A stretch of DNA of 64,000 nt from Macrostomum lignano (Eukaryota): contig NIVC01001747.1 in NCBI GenBank assembly GCA_002269645.1, forward strand, positions 218,416 to 282,415. The letters run 5' to 3'. The notes beneath the pieces are model-generated. The model did no database searches and was not told the DNA's origin. It was given only the letters and a program-made list of their open reading frames with translations. Each line of letters starts with the position of its first letter. The stretch's first letter is position 1. The position numbers were made by a program, and so were the translations under genes. Positions 10,931-37,327 of the stretch are shown in pieces.

Positions 10931-13024
10931 GCGCTTTGCTCTGCTAGCAGTTGTCGTCACGTAACTCCGAGCTTTTGGTTAATTTTAAATATAGTTACTG
11001 TTTCCTGAGAATCGCCCCTCTAATCCACTCTCTGAGAATCGCCCCTCTAATCCACTCTCTGAGAATCGCCCCTCTAATCCACTCTCTGAGAATCGCCCCT
11101 CTAATCCACTCTCTGAGAATCGCCCCTCTAATCCACTCTCTGAGAATCGCCCCTCTAATCCACTCTCTGAGAATCGCCCCTCTAATCCACTCTCTGAGAA
11201 TCGCCCCTCTAATCCACTCTCTGAGAATCGCCCCTCTAATCTACTCTCTGAGAATCGCCCCTCTAATCCACTCTCTGAGAATCGCCCCTCTAATCTACTC
11301 TCTGAGAATCGCCCCTCTAATCCACTCTCTGAGAATCGCCCCTCTAATCTACTCTCTGAGAATTGCCCCTCTAATCTACTCTCTGAGAATCGCCCCTCTA
11401 ATCCACTCTCTGAGAATCGCCCCTCTAATCCACTCTCTGAGAATCGCCCCTCTAATCTACTCTCTGAGAATCGCCCCTCTAATCCACTCTCTGAGAATCG
11501 CCCCTCTAATCTACTCTCTGAGAATCGCCCCTCTAATCCACTCTCTGAGAATCGCTCCTCTAATCTACTCTCTGAGAATTGCCCCTCTAATCTACTCTCT
11601 GAGAATCGCCCCTCTAATCCAGTCTCTGAGAATCGCCCCTCTAATCTACTCTCTGAGAATCGCCCCTCTAATCCACTCTCTGAGAATCGCCCCTCTAATC
11701 TACTCTCTGAGAATCGCCCCTCTAATCCACTCTCTGAGAATCGCCCCTCTAATCTACTCTCTGAGAATCGCCCCTCTAATCCACTCTCTGAGAATCGCTC
11801 CTCTAATCTACTCTCTGAGAATTGCCCCTCTAATCTACTCTCTGAGAATCGCCCCTCTAATCCACTCTCTGAGAATCGCCCCTCTAATCTACTCTCTGAG
11901 AATCGCCCCTCTAATCCACTCTCTGAGAATTGCCCCTCTAATCTACTCTCTGAGAATCGCCCCTCTAATCCACTCTCTGAGAATCGCTCCTCTAATCTAC
12001 TCTCTGAGAATCGCCCCTCTAATCCACTCTCTGAGAATCGCCCCTCTAATCCACTCTCTGAGAATCGCCCCTCTAATCTACTCTCTGAGAATCGCCCCTC
12101 TAATAACTGAGAATCGCCCCTCTATTGTCTTAGAATCCCCCCTCTAATTACGTGAGAATCGCCCCTCTAATAACTAAGAATCGCCCCTCTATTATCTCAA
12201 TAAATTAATAAGAATTCTCAATAACCGTATATCCGTTTTTTTGTCGCTTCAATGTTTGACTGACAAACCTTTTTGAGAGAAGCAAAGTTGAAATTGGTCA
12301 ATAAATCAGTAGCGGCTTTTGTGTGTTTTGAATGAAATTCCTGAAGCTTTTGTGCCTTTTTTACTTTAACAATAAACTCTACATTGTCAATTAATTGTTA
12401 TTAATTTATTTAGAAACACTTACTAGAGTTATTACTACTTTTCAAGTAGTTACAAAGTCTTTTAACCTACTCAACTATTCACTTTGCTTCGCGAAAGCAG
12501 CAGTCCCGTTGCACCCTGTTAAAGCAGCAAAATGAGCGAAAAATAAATAATCTTCCATCTTCTAGCAGTGCTCTGCGAACCGGAATTGCTTGCCTAGTAG
12601 TTGTATTTCACCTAATTGTTTTTTTTGACAGAGCAAATAGCATTGATATGTATGTGTGTTCTTTTTATTTCTGCTTTTTAAACGCTGTGTTTTTAAATTT
12701 GCTGTTTTATTAGGAGTTTAATAATTGCTTACTTCCTTCTTACTTTGCTTTCCTTTTTAGAGTCTAATTTTTTTGCTTGGTGTAGTTCTTGGTTTGATAT
12801 AGATAGACGTTTACTAGATAATAAATTGATTGATTTATCAACGAGTAAGCTTATGGATAGTACAACTGGCCGGTCAGACTCTATACTTTGATTACACTGA
12901 CAGCTTGATACTTAATTTACCGACTTATGACATCTTAAGGGAGTTCATTCGAAGTTTGAGCAAAATCAACACAGACTTTTGGCTTTTTGTCGCGTCTTGT
13001 TTATTTACTTGTTTATGTTTACAA

Positions 13025-13319
13025 GGGGGTTGTAGCCTACCTAGCGGTAAGAGCGTCGGACTCACGGCTTGAAGGTCGGGGGTTCGATTCCCGATCCCAC
13101 TATAGGAACAATTCGTGTCCTTGAGCAAGATACTTAACTCTGCATTTCTTCAGTTCACCCAGCTGTAAAATGGGTGCCAGCATTAGCTGGGGTAATTGAG
13201 GCTGTGTGGCGACCCCCCAGTCCTTGGACTGAACAGCCGTACGCAGCCTTCAGATGCGCCGCGCAATAGCTGCGGCTGAGCTGTCGGTTGCACATGTCCC
13301 TTTGGGCTGGTGTAATAAT
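13025..13319 (+). mobile_element. Same SINE, duplicated with unit 2
   Basis: Identical to 5804-6098. Confidence 0.85.
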
Positions 13320-13420
13320 TTTTTAAATTAAACAGTTTTATAAAACTAAAAAAATTAAACCTGTTTCATATTGATACGAGAAATGTAAATTCCTGATGTT
13401 CGTAAAGCGATCGAAGACTT

Positions 13421-13936
13421 GCGTTACGTTGTTGCCCAGTCGCGCAGGGAGATCCGGTGATGCCGGTGTCCGCAGCGCAGTCCCTCTTTCCGGAGAGTCC
13501 AGGAGGAGGATGCATGGTGCCCTTAGGTAGCGGACGAGATTGCAGGATTCTGGGGCCTAAAAACGTCGGAGGTCCGTCCGGGTTCCAGCCGAGTTAGGTG
13601 AGCCTGTCCTGTGTAAAGGCGGGGCATTCACAGATGACGTGCTCTGCATTCTCGACACCGGCGAGAGACAAAATGGACATTCCTCGCTACGGATTTTCCC
13701 TGGAGGTGACGATGCCTGGCAAAACAGCCATGACCCTGATGTCCCTGCGGTTGAGTCCAAGCAGGGCTCTGCGCAGGGCGGAGGAAGGACATGGGCCAGC
13801 CGCGTGGGATTGCCGCTTGACTGACAGAGTGGAGAGGGTGATCTCCAATCCCCAGATTCGCTTATTGTACAGCTCCATGGCGAAGGAGCTGATGGCGAGA
13901 ACGTCGTTCTGGAAGATCTATCGATCAAGATCTCAA
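13421..13936 (-). mobile_element. Duplicate LINE 3' fragment
   Basis: Matches 6200-6715 at offset 7221. Confidence 0.75.
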
Positions 13937-14565
13937 TGATAGAACCCAGATCCCAATGACAGAATCCAGATCCCAATGACAGAATCCAGATCCCAATGAC
14001 AGAATCCAGATCCCAATGACAGAATCCAGATCCCAATGACAGAATCCAGATCCCAGTGACAGAATCCAGATCCCAGTGATAGAATCCAGCTATCCCAATG
14101 ACAGAATCCAGATCCCAATGACAGAATCCAGATCCCAGTGACAGAATCCAGATCCCATTGACAGAATCCAAATCCCAATGACAGAATCCAGATCCCAGTG
14201 ACAGAATCCAGATCCCAGTGATAGAATCCAGCTATCCCAGTGACAGAATCCAGATCCCATTGACAGAATCCAAATCCCAATGACAGAATCCAGATCCCAG
14301 TGACAGAATCCAGATCCCAGTGATAGAATCCAGCTATCCCAATGACAGAATCCAGATCCCAATGACAGAATCCAGATCCCAGTGACAGAATCCAGATCCC
14401 AATGACAGAATCCAGATCCCAGTGACAGAATCCAGATCCCAGTGACAGAATCCAGATCCCAATGACAGAATCCAGATCCCAATGACAGAATCCAGATCCC
14501 AGTGACAGAATCCAGATCCCAATGACAGAATCCAGATCCCAATGACAGAATCCAGATCCCAGTGA
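13937..14565. repeat. 20-bp minisatellite, longer copy, followed by unique DNA
   Basis: Same units as 6716-7183, with additional repeats. Confidence 0.95.
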
Positions 14566-15259
14566 CATTGCAGTCAAGAAACATTTCGAGAATACAATTA
14601 TGAAATATCTACGTTAATTCTTTCGTTTAAATGTAAGATTCTAAACATTTTAAATTCAAACATAAGTTCACTAACTGATGAACCCTCATACCCACGCAAC
14701 ATATTTTTTTGCCCTCTTCTTTCCCGGCTTTCTTTTTCTCTGTGTTGCCTGTCTTCTTTTAGCCTCCGTTTGGGGTTTTTCCACTCTCGCCCCACCCCTC
14801 ACCCCCTTGTCCTCAACTGAGGGCGGCGGGGGTTAAGAGATGGGGTTTGGTCTGACGGAAAATTACCAGCCGTCCCCGGCCTGCAGTCAAGCGCCCCAAC
14901 CACCTCAACTGCACTACCCGCATCTTATAATACAGCGTGAGAGCAATGCTAAATTCAATTAAACTATAATAGCTCATAATTGAGGCGTGGGTGTCTGCAG
15001 CTATTCTTATCTTTTAATTGTAATTGCTTCTAAAAGAAATGTTTTTTTGTCTGTCGCGAACCCTGAAGTCTGAACTTCTCGCCGCCCCCAGTTCACAGTC
15101 TCTCACTCCGGCCCTCAATCCCTCCTCTGAATGGAAGTGTACGGCAATGTCAGGGAGTACTGAAAAATAGAATCTGGTCTGGATTCTCGTAAGCAAACAA
15201 ACAGGAAAGATCTTGTGTGCGCGAAATTAAAGAATTTAAAGTCTCTATTAAAGTTATTT

Positions 15260-15420
15260 TAATGCGGCGCTAAAATCTCTAATAATGCGGCGCTAAAATC
15301 TCTAATAATGTGGCGCTAAAATCTCTAAAAATGTGGCGCTAAAATCTCTAATAATATGGCGCTAAAATCTCTAATAATGTGGCGCTAAAATATCCGATAA
15401 TGGAGCGCTAAAAATCTGAA
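15260..15420. repeat. 23-bp minisatellite ATGTGGCGCTAAAATCTCTAATA
   Basis: About 6 degenerate units. Confidence 0.85.
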
Positions 15421-15659
15421 AATGTAAATGTTACCATCATAGGGATTCATGGGTGGGGCGCCATCGCCAATCGCCATTAAGCTATAATTTCTTCAGTTTT
15501 CCATCCAAGTTTCTAACTGAATAGTAGTCCTTGACTTCGTACAGTGGCAGGCATGGACAGAGAAGCCATTAAAGCAGTTTTTCGCTCTTGATATTTCGGT
15601 CAGTCTCTCTGACTCGGTCTCGCAATTGGCTGTTGGATTATAAATTTACGTTGCACTCA

Positions 15660-15941
15660 AGGGCGTGCGGGGGTTTGTAGGTCACGTGGATTTCTATTGG
15701 ACGCTCTTCTCCCAACCCTGTCCTTCTCTCTCCCTTCCCCAGTCGCGCCAACCCCCCCCCCCACAAATAAAGGAAGGGTTGTACACTGGCTGCTGCTTTG
15801 CCAAGCCTTATGCTATTTAGTGTACGCACGCGTGATACAAAAATTTTGTCTTGCAGTGTTTCAGAGCTCGCATTTTCTTTTTCTTGGGTTATCTGCAATC
15901 GAAGAGTATATTTTTTAAAATAATTACTTGCAACTTTCACG
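15660..15941 (+). promoter_or_regulatory. Putative promoter and non-coding first exon of the 17560-23667 gene
   Basis: E-box GTCACGTG and ATTGG (reverse CCAAT) at ~15680-15700; a strong donor CACG|GTAAGA at 15941 could pair with acceptor TTTCAG|G at 17504/17505 upstream of the ATG. The TSS is not determinable. Confidence 0.4.
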
Positions 15942-15989
15942 GTAAGATTAAGATACAATTCAATTGTTGATCTTATGGTCTCTTCTTGC

Positions 15990-17500
15990 ATTTAGCTTCA
16001 GGATCTCCTTGCATTAGCTTCATGATCTCCTTGCATTAGCTTCATGATCTGCTTGCATTTATTCAGGATCTCCTTGCATTAGCTTCATGATCTGCTTGCA
16101 TTAGCTTCAGGATCTCCTTACATTAGCTTCATGATCTGCTTGCATTTATTCAGGATCTCCTTGCATTAGCTTCAGGATCTCCTTGCATTAGCTTCAGGAT
16201 CTCCTTACATTAGCTTCGTGATCTGCTTGCATTTATTCAGGATCTCCTTGCATTAGCTTCAGGATCTCCTTGCATTAGCTTCAGGATCTCCTTACATTAG
16301 CTTCATGATCTGCTTGCATTTATTCAGGATCTCCTTGCATTAGCTTCAGGATCTACTTACACGTAGTTCAGCTTCAGGATCTCCTTGCATTAGCTTCAGG
16401 ATCTACTTACAGTTACACGTCGTTCAGCTTCAGGATCTACTTACACGTAGTTCAGCTTCAGGATCTACTTACACGTAGTTCAGCTTCAGGATCTCCTTGA
16501 ATTTAGCTTCAGGATCTACTTACACGTAGTTCAGCTTCAGGATCTCCTTGAATTTAGCTTCAGGATCTACTTACACGTAGTTCAGCTTCAGGATCTACTT
16601 ACACGTAGTTCAGCTTCAGGATCTCCTTGAATTTAGCTTCAGGATCTACTTACACGTAGTTCAGCTTCAGGATCTCCTTGCATTAGCTTCAGGATCTACT
16701 TACACGTAGTTCAGCTTCAGGATCTACTTACACGTAGTTCAGCTTCAGGATCTACTTACACGTAGTTCAGCTTCAGGATCTCCTTGCATTAGCTTCAGGA
16801 TCTCCTTACACGTAGTTCAGCTTCAGGATCTACTTACACGTAGTTCAGCTTCAGGATCTCCTTGCATTAGCTTCAGGATCTCCTTGCATTAGCTTCAGGA
16901 TCTCCTTGCATTAGCTTCAGGATCTCCTTGCATTAGCTTCATGATCTGCTTGCATTTATTCAGGATCTCCTTGCATTAGCTTCAGGATCTACTTACACGT
17001 AGTTCAGCTTCAGGATCTCCTTGCATTAGCTTCAGGATCTCCTTGCATTAGCTTCATGATCTGCTTGCATTTATTCAGGATCTCCTTGCATTAGCTTCAG
17101 GATCTACTTACACGTAGTTCAGCTTCAGGATCTACTTACACGTAGTTCAGCTTCAGGATCTCCTTGCATTAGCTTCAGGATCTACTTACACGTAGTTCAG
17201 CTTCAGGATCTCCTTGCATTAGCTTCAGGATCTCCTTGCATTAGCTTCAGGATCTACTTACACGTAGTTCAGCTTCAGGATCTCCTTGCATTAGCTTCAG
17301 GATCTCCTTGCATTAGCTTCAGGATCTCCTTGCATTAGCTTCAGGATCTCCTTGCATTAGCTTCAGGATCTCCTTGCATTAGCTTCAGGATCTCTTTACA
17401 TTAGCTTCAGAATCTCTTTACATTAGCTTCAGGATCTCTTTACATTAGCTTCAGGATCATGCATTAGCTTCAGGATCATGCATTTGCTTCAGGATCTCTT
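15990..17500. repeat. 22-bp minisatellite TTAGCTTCAGGATCTCCTTGCA with TACTTACACGTAGTTC variants
   Basis: Tandem units ending at the acceptor of the first coding exon. Confidence 0.95.
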
Positions 17501-17559
17501 TCAGGCTGATCTAGCACGCAGCCCCTCACCATACGCAGTTCCAAGCCAGCACTACAATA

Positions 17560-23667
<6,108 letters not shown>

Positions 23668-23924
23668 ATAACTGAACTGAACCTTTTCTTCTCGACGCAA
23701 TCTGATTGGCTCTTAAGTTTATAAAGTACGAATCCTCATTTCTTGCTTTCGATGTTGTTTTTGTTGTTTTGCGTGTTGCTTTGCAAACAATGCTTCATCG
23801 TAAGTTTTTTCTCTTAATTTGCTAAGTAGCGCGGGTGCTTTGTTGTGAAGTTTTTTTCAATAATATCTAGAAGCTCTGATCTATATACTATTGGATTGGA
23901 TTGGGTGGTATGCAGTGTGAGGTT

Positions 23925-24220
23925 GTTGGCGGAGTGGAGGTTTGGCGGAGTGGGGGGTTGGCGGAGTGGAGGTTTGGCGGAGTGGGGGGTTGGCGGAGTG
24001 GAGGTTTGGCGGAGTGGGGGGTTGGCGGAGTGGAGGTTTGGCGGAGTGGAGGTTTGGCGGAGTGGAGGTTTGGCGGAGTGGGGGGTTGGCGGAGTGGAGG
24101 TTTGGCGGAGTGGGGGTTGTCGGAGTGGAAGTTTGGCGGAGTGGGGGGTTGGCGAAGTGGAGGTTGGCGGAATAGGGGCTAGGCGGATTTCAGATTTGGC
24201 GGAGTGGGGGTTGGAGGAGT
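23925..24220. repeat. 16-bp G-rich minisatellite TTGGCGGAGTGG(A/G)GG(T)
   Basis: Tandem units. Confidence 0.9.
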
Positions 24221-24979
24221 AGAGGTTTAGTTTTGTAATTTTTAGTACCTCTTTCAAACTGTTTTGCTTCACCCGCTAAGAATTCAAAGCTTTTCAATCG
24301 CGCCTCTAAATAAGGCCTTTTCCGTCTTAAACTCATTGTGTTGTGCATGTGCTGCTGAATTAGTTTAAGCAATTTCACTTTTTTTCCAAGATCTCAATGG
24401 TACACAGCTGCAATGCAGTTTATTTACCCTAATAATCTCATTTAATTAGTCAGACTTTTTTAGCCAAGCCGATTTTAAACTATTTTAAAACGTACACTAC
24501 ACAATAATGAATCTTTATTTTTTCACGTTAATTAGCTACCCCAATCGTTAATCTCAACGTTTTTTTCGTAGGTAAATTTTTGGGATAAACTAATTTATTC
24601 CCTCTGTGCGTGAAACTAACTGCAATCTGTTAATTACAAACCTTTTTGTCCCTATTTCAGTAAGAAATTTTCTACCAAATTGTACATTTGATTCTAAATT
24701 TTCCTCCACTGTCTTTTCAAATCTGAATAAGAAAACATCAATAAAGAAAACAAATCTAAAAGGTAGTTTTTCATGCACCTTACTAGAAGTAGTCTATTTA
24801 GTTTTATTTTTCTTTACTAAAGTCGTGAATCAACGAAATGGCAAGCAGTAAGTAGTGTTTAATGCACGAATACTGCAAATACTGCAAAACTTACCTTTAT
24901 AGTTTATAAATGAGGGAATGCAAAATGAAAACATAAATCCAATAAAAAAATTTAATTAAAGTAGAAGCAACTCCATTAC

Positions 24980-25525
24980 AGGTGAGGGAGATGTTATGGA
25001 GGTGAGGGATATGTTATGGAGGTGAGGGAGATGTTATGGAGGTGAGGGAGATGTTATGGAGGTGAGGGAAATGTTATGGAGGTTAGGGAAATGTTATAGA
25101 GGTAAGGGAGATGTTATGGAGGTAAGGGAGATGTTATGGAGGTGAGGGATGTTATGGAGGTGAGGGATGTGTTATGGAGGTGAGGGAGATGTTTTGGAGG
25201 TGAGGGAGATGTTATGGAGGTGAGGAATGTGATATGGAGGTGAGGGAGATGTTATGGAGGTGAGTGAGATGTTATGGAGGTGAGGGAGATGTTATGGAGG
25301 TGAGGGTGATGTTATGGAAGTGAGAGATATGTTATGGAGGTGAGTGAGATGTTATGGAGGTGAGGGAGATGTTATGGAGGTGAGGGTGATGTTATGGAAG
25401 TGAGGGAGATGTTATGGAGGTGAGAGATATGTTATGGAGGTGAGGGAGATGTTATGGAGGTGAGGTGATGATGTTATGGAAGTGAGAGATATGTTTGGTG
25501 AGTGAGATGTTATGGAGGTGAGGGA
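24980..25525. repeat. 20-bp minisatellite GGAGGTGAGGGAGATGTTAT
   Basis: Tandem units. Confidence 0.93.
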
Positions 25526-25547
25526 GTCATTATGCAGTGGAGTGGCA

Positions 25548-26180
25548 TCACACAGACGGCACCACAGTACCTTCAGTCTCTTGACCGCAGGTAAATCTTC
25601 TAGCATCTAAAAGTTCGCAGATTTCGCTGACTCCTTCGCTGCTGCTGCTGCAGCTTCCACTGACCTTATCCGCCTCTTCATTAAAGTCTGTTTTGACAAG
25701 CGTCGAATTCAATTGATTTGATCGTGAACTGCGAAAGTATTTAACACAATTTGATTTTCTGATTGAAAATCTTCTGCTGTCAGAAACTGCTTTTACGTCT
25801 GGTTGTTGCTTTTGTAGACAACATCTGCCGCTTTGGGTTGACAGAATCTGCAACTGTGAGTTGCTGCCCCTGCTAGAGCAACAGCAGCAGCAACTATCGA
25901 TTAGCAGGGAGCCTGCGTTAGTCAGTGAGCGAACCAGTTGAGTTCGTCGGCAGTGGCAGATGCACAGCGCCATAGCCAGGCCAGCAGTCAGGTTCATCAG
26001 CACGAACAGTGCTGCAGATAGAAGCTTCGCCTGGTGAATTGAATTGATTGACGCATGGTAAGCCTCGATTATTGCTGTATCATTGCCGCTGTGATTGCAG
26101 TGGCCACATGACGGTGCGGTGCCAGTTGCCATCAGTAGTGAAAGATCGTCTTTAACTTGACCGCTTTTGTTGTCAGACAT
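25548..26180 (-). CDS. Putative 210-aa single-pass membrane protein, unknown
   Basis: Non-repetitive ORF with one hydrophobic segment (LLSAALFVLMNLTAGLAMALCIC) followed by RR and a Cys cluster. There is an in-frame stop upstream of the ATG and an acceptor-like CACTTGCAG 35 nt upstream. No family recognised. Confidence 0.5.
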   Translation of the reverse strand: MSDNKSGQVKDDLSLLMATGTAPSCGHCNHSGNDTAIIEAYHASINSIHQAKLLSAALFVLMNLTAGLAMALCICHCRRTQLVRSLTNAGSLLIDSCCCCCSSRGSNSQLQILSTQSGRCCLQKQQPDVKAVSDSRRFSIRKSNCVKYFRSSRSNQLNSTLVKTDFNEEADKVSGSCSSSSEGVSEICELLDARRFTCGQETEGTVVPSV

Positions 26181-26262
26181 TGTCGATTGGGTCCGTTATG
26201 CAGTGTCGGTATTAACTGCAAGTGATGAGCCAAGATACCGATGTCTTTAGGTGAATCCTAAC

Positions 26263-26467
<205 letters not shown>

Positions 26468-27104
26468 GTTTTTCTGTTCGTGTTTATCATATAATGCAGT
26501 TCCTATAATAGTCCTTAAGAACCAATGAGCCATGCCATTTGCTAATAAATAAACATTAATCCTCTATTGCGCACTACAGTACAGTGCTTAAAATGGTTGC
26601 CGCAGGCTGATAAGTGCAGCTGCTAGTAAATCTAACAATACGTCATATTACAGCAGCTTGAAATCAGAGGAAGAGGAGAGAGGAGAGAGGGAGAGGGGGA
26701 GAGGGGGAGAGAGGGAGCGAGGGAGAGAGGGAGAGAGGGAGACGGTGATAGATAGAGGGTGAGCAACAGAGATAGACAGCACATAATTCTTAGAGAATGC
26801 TGACATTTTTACGACCTTTCAGCATTCCTGATTTGCAGAAAAGGATATAGCAGAAATAGCAGTTAGACATATGGATATTCGTTTGCATTTACTGCAGTCG
26901 TAGCCCAAGCTGCCGAGTCTTATTTTTCTAACTACGCAGTGTCTGTATATGCAGCAATTTTTAATCGAATGGACTTGCAGAAGTGTTATCCAATGCTGGT
27001 CCTTGTATGTGTAGACTACCTGTGTTTTAGGACTGTTCTCAGGGGAGAGTGATGTTCTCATTTGGTATTCTCATGATAAAAAGTTCTCATTTGGTGTTCA
27101 CGAG

Positions 27105-27250
27105 GTGTTCTCATGGGGTGTTCTCATGGGGTGTCTCATGGGGTGTTCTCATGGGGTGTCTCATGGGGTGTTCTCATGGGGTGCTCTCATGGGGTGTTCT
27201 CATGGGGTGCTCTCATGGGGTGTTCTCATGGGGTGTTCTCATGGGGTGTT
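27105..27250. repeat. 13-bp minisatellite GGGGTGTTCTCAT
   Basis: About 11 units. Confidence 0.92.
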
Positions 27251-27884
27251 TCGACGGATAATTTTATTGGGTTTCTTAAAGTTAGAAAAATGCACACTTG
27301 CCTTTATATAGCAACAAACTGATCTGCAGAATTAAGAAAAGAAAATGAAAGCTTCTCCCAGTTCTCAATTCAGCCTTCAGTTTTGGAGAAATTCGCCAGA
27401 ACGCAATTCAGAACGCAAGCCAATGGTTAATTTATCTATCTGAAATTTCCAGCCTAAGTGCCTCGTAGCCAACTCGTTCTCACTGGTTTTCTACACCACT
27501 TTTAAAAATAGAAAATTTTATTATTACCGTAAACGTAGACGGCGTAAGTGCGTTTCTATTTTATTGTCGATTCGAGGAGGCAGAGAACATCGGTGAGAAC
27601 TGCTTTCCAGGGTTCCTAAATAGAAGCCACATAGTCTAGCCGAGTGTGATGGCAGCTAACTTTGTAGGCGTTTTAAATTCTTTCAAGACTACGAAAAGTT
27701 TTTCTGACCCGTTAGAAAGTACCAAACGTCCTCTCCGACAGGGACAGAGCAAAGCGTACATGCCTGACGATTATAAAGTCAACGGGCCGCTGTCAACAAA
27801 GGCATGACAAGCCAAGGTGTCGCAATGACAACCAAAGGTGTCGCAAGCCTACCTGCAATTTTTTATAATCCTTATCTTTATTAT

Positions 27885-28540
27885 TGGATTTCTATTGGCT
27901 GGCTAACTTGCCATATATCACCAATACATTCCTTCCCCCAGTAGGACTCTATTGGCTGGTTGACTTTCCATACATCGCCAATATATTCCTTCCTCTCAGC
28001 CAGATTCTATTGGCTGGCTGACTTTCCATACATCGCCAATATATTCCTTCCTCTCAGCCAGATTCTATTGGCTGGCTGACGTTCCATACATTGCCAATAT
28101 ATACCTTCCTCTTAGCCAGATTCTATTGGCTGGCTGACTTTCCATACATCGCCAATATATTCCTTCCCCTCAGTCAGTTTCTATTGGCTGGCCGAATTTC
28201 CGTACATCGCCAATACATTCCTTCCCCTCAGTCGGATTCTATTGGCTGTCTGACTTTCCATGTATCACCAATACATTCCTTCCCCTCAGTCGGATTCTAT
28301 TGGCTGTCTGACTTTCCATGTATCATTAATACATTCCTTCTCCTCAGTCGGATTTTATTGGCTGGCTGACTTTCCATACATCGCCAATATATTCCTTCCT
28401 CTCAGCCAGATTCTATTGGCTGGCTGACTTTCCATACATCGCCAATATATTTATTCCTCTCAGCCAGATTCTATTGGCTGGCTGATCGCAATACATTTCT
28501 TCCCCCCAGTCGGATTCTATTGGCTGGCTGACTTTCCATG
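27885..28540. repeat. ~57-bp minisatellite (GATTCTATTGGCTGGCTGACTTTCCATACATCGCCAATATATTCCTTCCTCTCAGCCA)
   Basis: About 11 diverged units. Confidence 0.92.
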
Positions 28541-29050
28541 GACAAAAATAAATGACCAGTCAAGAGAGAAAAGAAAAAATTTCATACAGACTTAAAGATA
28601 ATGATGGAAGCTGCTAAACAGATGTGTACTAAATGGAATTAAACGGGTGGCAAAGCCCGACCGCTTTCAATCGAGCCGGGAAAGCAAGTATGAATGCATT
28701 GTGCTTTCTTTCTCTAGACAAATGTTACGCAAACGACAGCAAAGCGGGTATTAGGCGGGAAAATAAATAATCATTAGACATTGTTAGCCAAAAAGAAACA
28801 GTATAATTGGACGTTGTCTCGCAGATTTTGTAAAAAAACTTTTAAGCATGAATGCATCGAGAAGGAAAATAACAAAGACGACGACTACTCAAGACTTTCA
28901 AAGCTTTGAGTTGAGAGCGAAGTTTTTGTGCAGCGAGTGTCACGGAATCGTCTGTTTTAGCTTAGAAGAAATTTCATTTTGGAATTATTGGCCAGTGTTG
29001 CTTTTTCAGTGCAGAAATTTAGGGGTTGGTAGCCGACTCAAATGCCAAGT

Positions 29051-35652
<6,602 letters not shown>

Positions 35653-35929
35653 CCAAAGCTCCGGGGAGGCCGCCTGCGGCTGCGCGACGGTGGAGCTGCA
35701 ATGGTTGGCGAGTGTTGTGCACGTGGGCCGTGGGCACCATGGCGCAAACGTCTTTCGTCTGAGGCCATTCTGCCCGACTTTCTAATCATGTCGCATGTAC
35801 AGCAGACATGTACACTGTTAAATCAATGCGGCCGAAATCAGAATTGAACTAGGAGTCAAGAGTCAGGCGCGATTTACCGCAGGTCTTTCTTGGTGATTGG
35901 GTTTTTTTCCCATTCGTCCTAACCTTCTC

Positions 35930-36665
35930 CAATCCGTCACAGCCCTCTCCAATCCGTCACAGCCCTCTCCAATCCGTCACAGCCCTCTCCAATCCGTCCC
36001 AACCCTTTCCAATCCGTCACAGCCCTCTCCAATCCGTCCCAACCCTTTCCAATCCGTCACAGCCCTCTCCAATCCGTCACAGCCCTCTCCAATCCGTCCC
36101 AACCCTCTCCAATCCGTCAAAGCCCTCTCCGATCCGTCCCAGCCCGCTCCAATCCATCCCAGCCCTCTCCAATCCGTCCCAGCTCTCTCCGATCCGTCCC
36201 AGCCCTCTCTGATCCGTCCCAGCCCTCTCTGATCCGTCCCAGCTCTCTCCGATCCGTCACAGCCCTCTCTGATCCGTCCCAGCTCTCTCCGATCCGTCCC
36301 AGCCCTCTCTGATCCGTCCCAGCCCTCTCTGATCCGTCCCAGCCCTCTCTGATCCGTCCCAGCCCTCTCTGATCCGTCCCAGCCCTCTCCAATCCGTCAC
36401 AGCCCTCTCTGATCCGTCCCAGCCCTCTCCAATCCGTCAAAGCCCTCTCCGATCCGTCCCAGCCCGCTCCAATCCGTCCCAGCTCTCTCCGATCCGTCCC
36501 AGCCCTCTCTGATCCGTCCCAGCCCTCTCTGATCCGTCCCAGCCCTCTCTGATCCGTCCCAGCCCTCTCCAATCCGTCACAGCCCTCTCTGATCCGTCCC
36601 AGCCCTCTCCAATCCGTCAAAGCCCTCTCCAATCCGTCCCAGCCCTCTCCGATCCGTCCCAGCCC
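35930..36665. repeat. 20-bp minisatellite AGCCCTCTC(C/T)(A/G)ATCCGTC(A/C)C
   Basis: Tandem units. Confidence 0.95.
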
Positions 36666-37327
36666 TCCTCAAGACTCAATCCGCCCAAAACTCTTCATAT
36701 AGCTCGTAAAATACTCACTCTTTTGTTCGAAGTGGCCTGAGTTTCTCCGCTTTCTGGCAACTGTCGTAGGGGCTGGACGATTTCTGCGGCTCGCCAATTG
36801 AGAATGGCGAATCAGACAGAAGTACGGAGCGCCTGTACTTTCGACAGTCGCTTGACACGGTTTTCATTCGTACTAGACGATTCTTGTAAGCTGACGAACT
36901 GGCTAACATCGCGTCTCTTAAAGAAGTTGTTTTCTTTGCTCAAAATGCAAAATGACGAACTCAAAAAGATGCTCAGATAAAAGATTGCGGTTAGTTTGGG
37001 CTTTGAGGCTTAATTATTTCCTGTATTTGATGGTGATTAGATCAAGGTTCAGGCCATAGACAATGTAGCTTTCGCGTTCGACGTGTCACTCACAGACGAG
37101 AAAGAAAAAGCAATATGCTATGGGGCAGACATTAGGCTGATATGCACATTGTATACTCTCAAATTTATGTGAGATATGATTAATAGAACCTATGTATGCA
37201 TAGAATCTATGTGATTAATAGAACCAGGGGTCTTGACGCGAGTCCCGTTTCCTCTTTCTATCTGTTCTTGCGAGACTTGTTTACCGCTGGCCTTCATTGG
37301 TGGCTGAGTCGTCTTTGCATCTGCTGC

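Larger units (their letters stand above)
1..14565. repeat. Tandem segmental duplication, units <1-~7185 and ~7186-~14565
   Basis: Position 1 matches 7600, 913 matches 8514, 3655 matches 10930, 5804 matches 13025. Introns and intergenic DNA are near-identical; the offset shifts 7600 > 7610 > 7275 > 7221 through indels. The junction is at the end of a 20-bp minisatellite (~7185). Confidence 0.95.

Noticed and set aside
17505-17559. Trans-splice (outron) acceptor before the ATG
   Set aside because: A strong cis donor exists at 15941, so ordinary 5' UTR splicing is sufficient.
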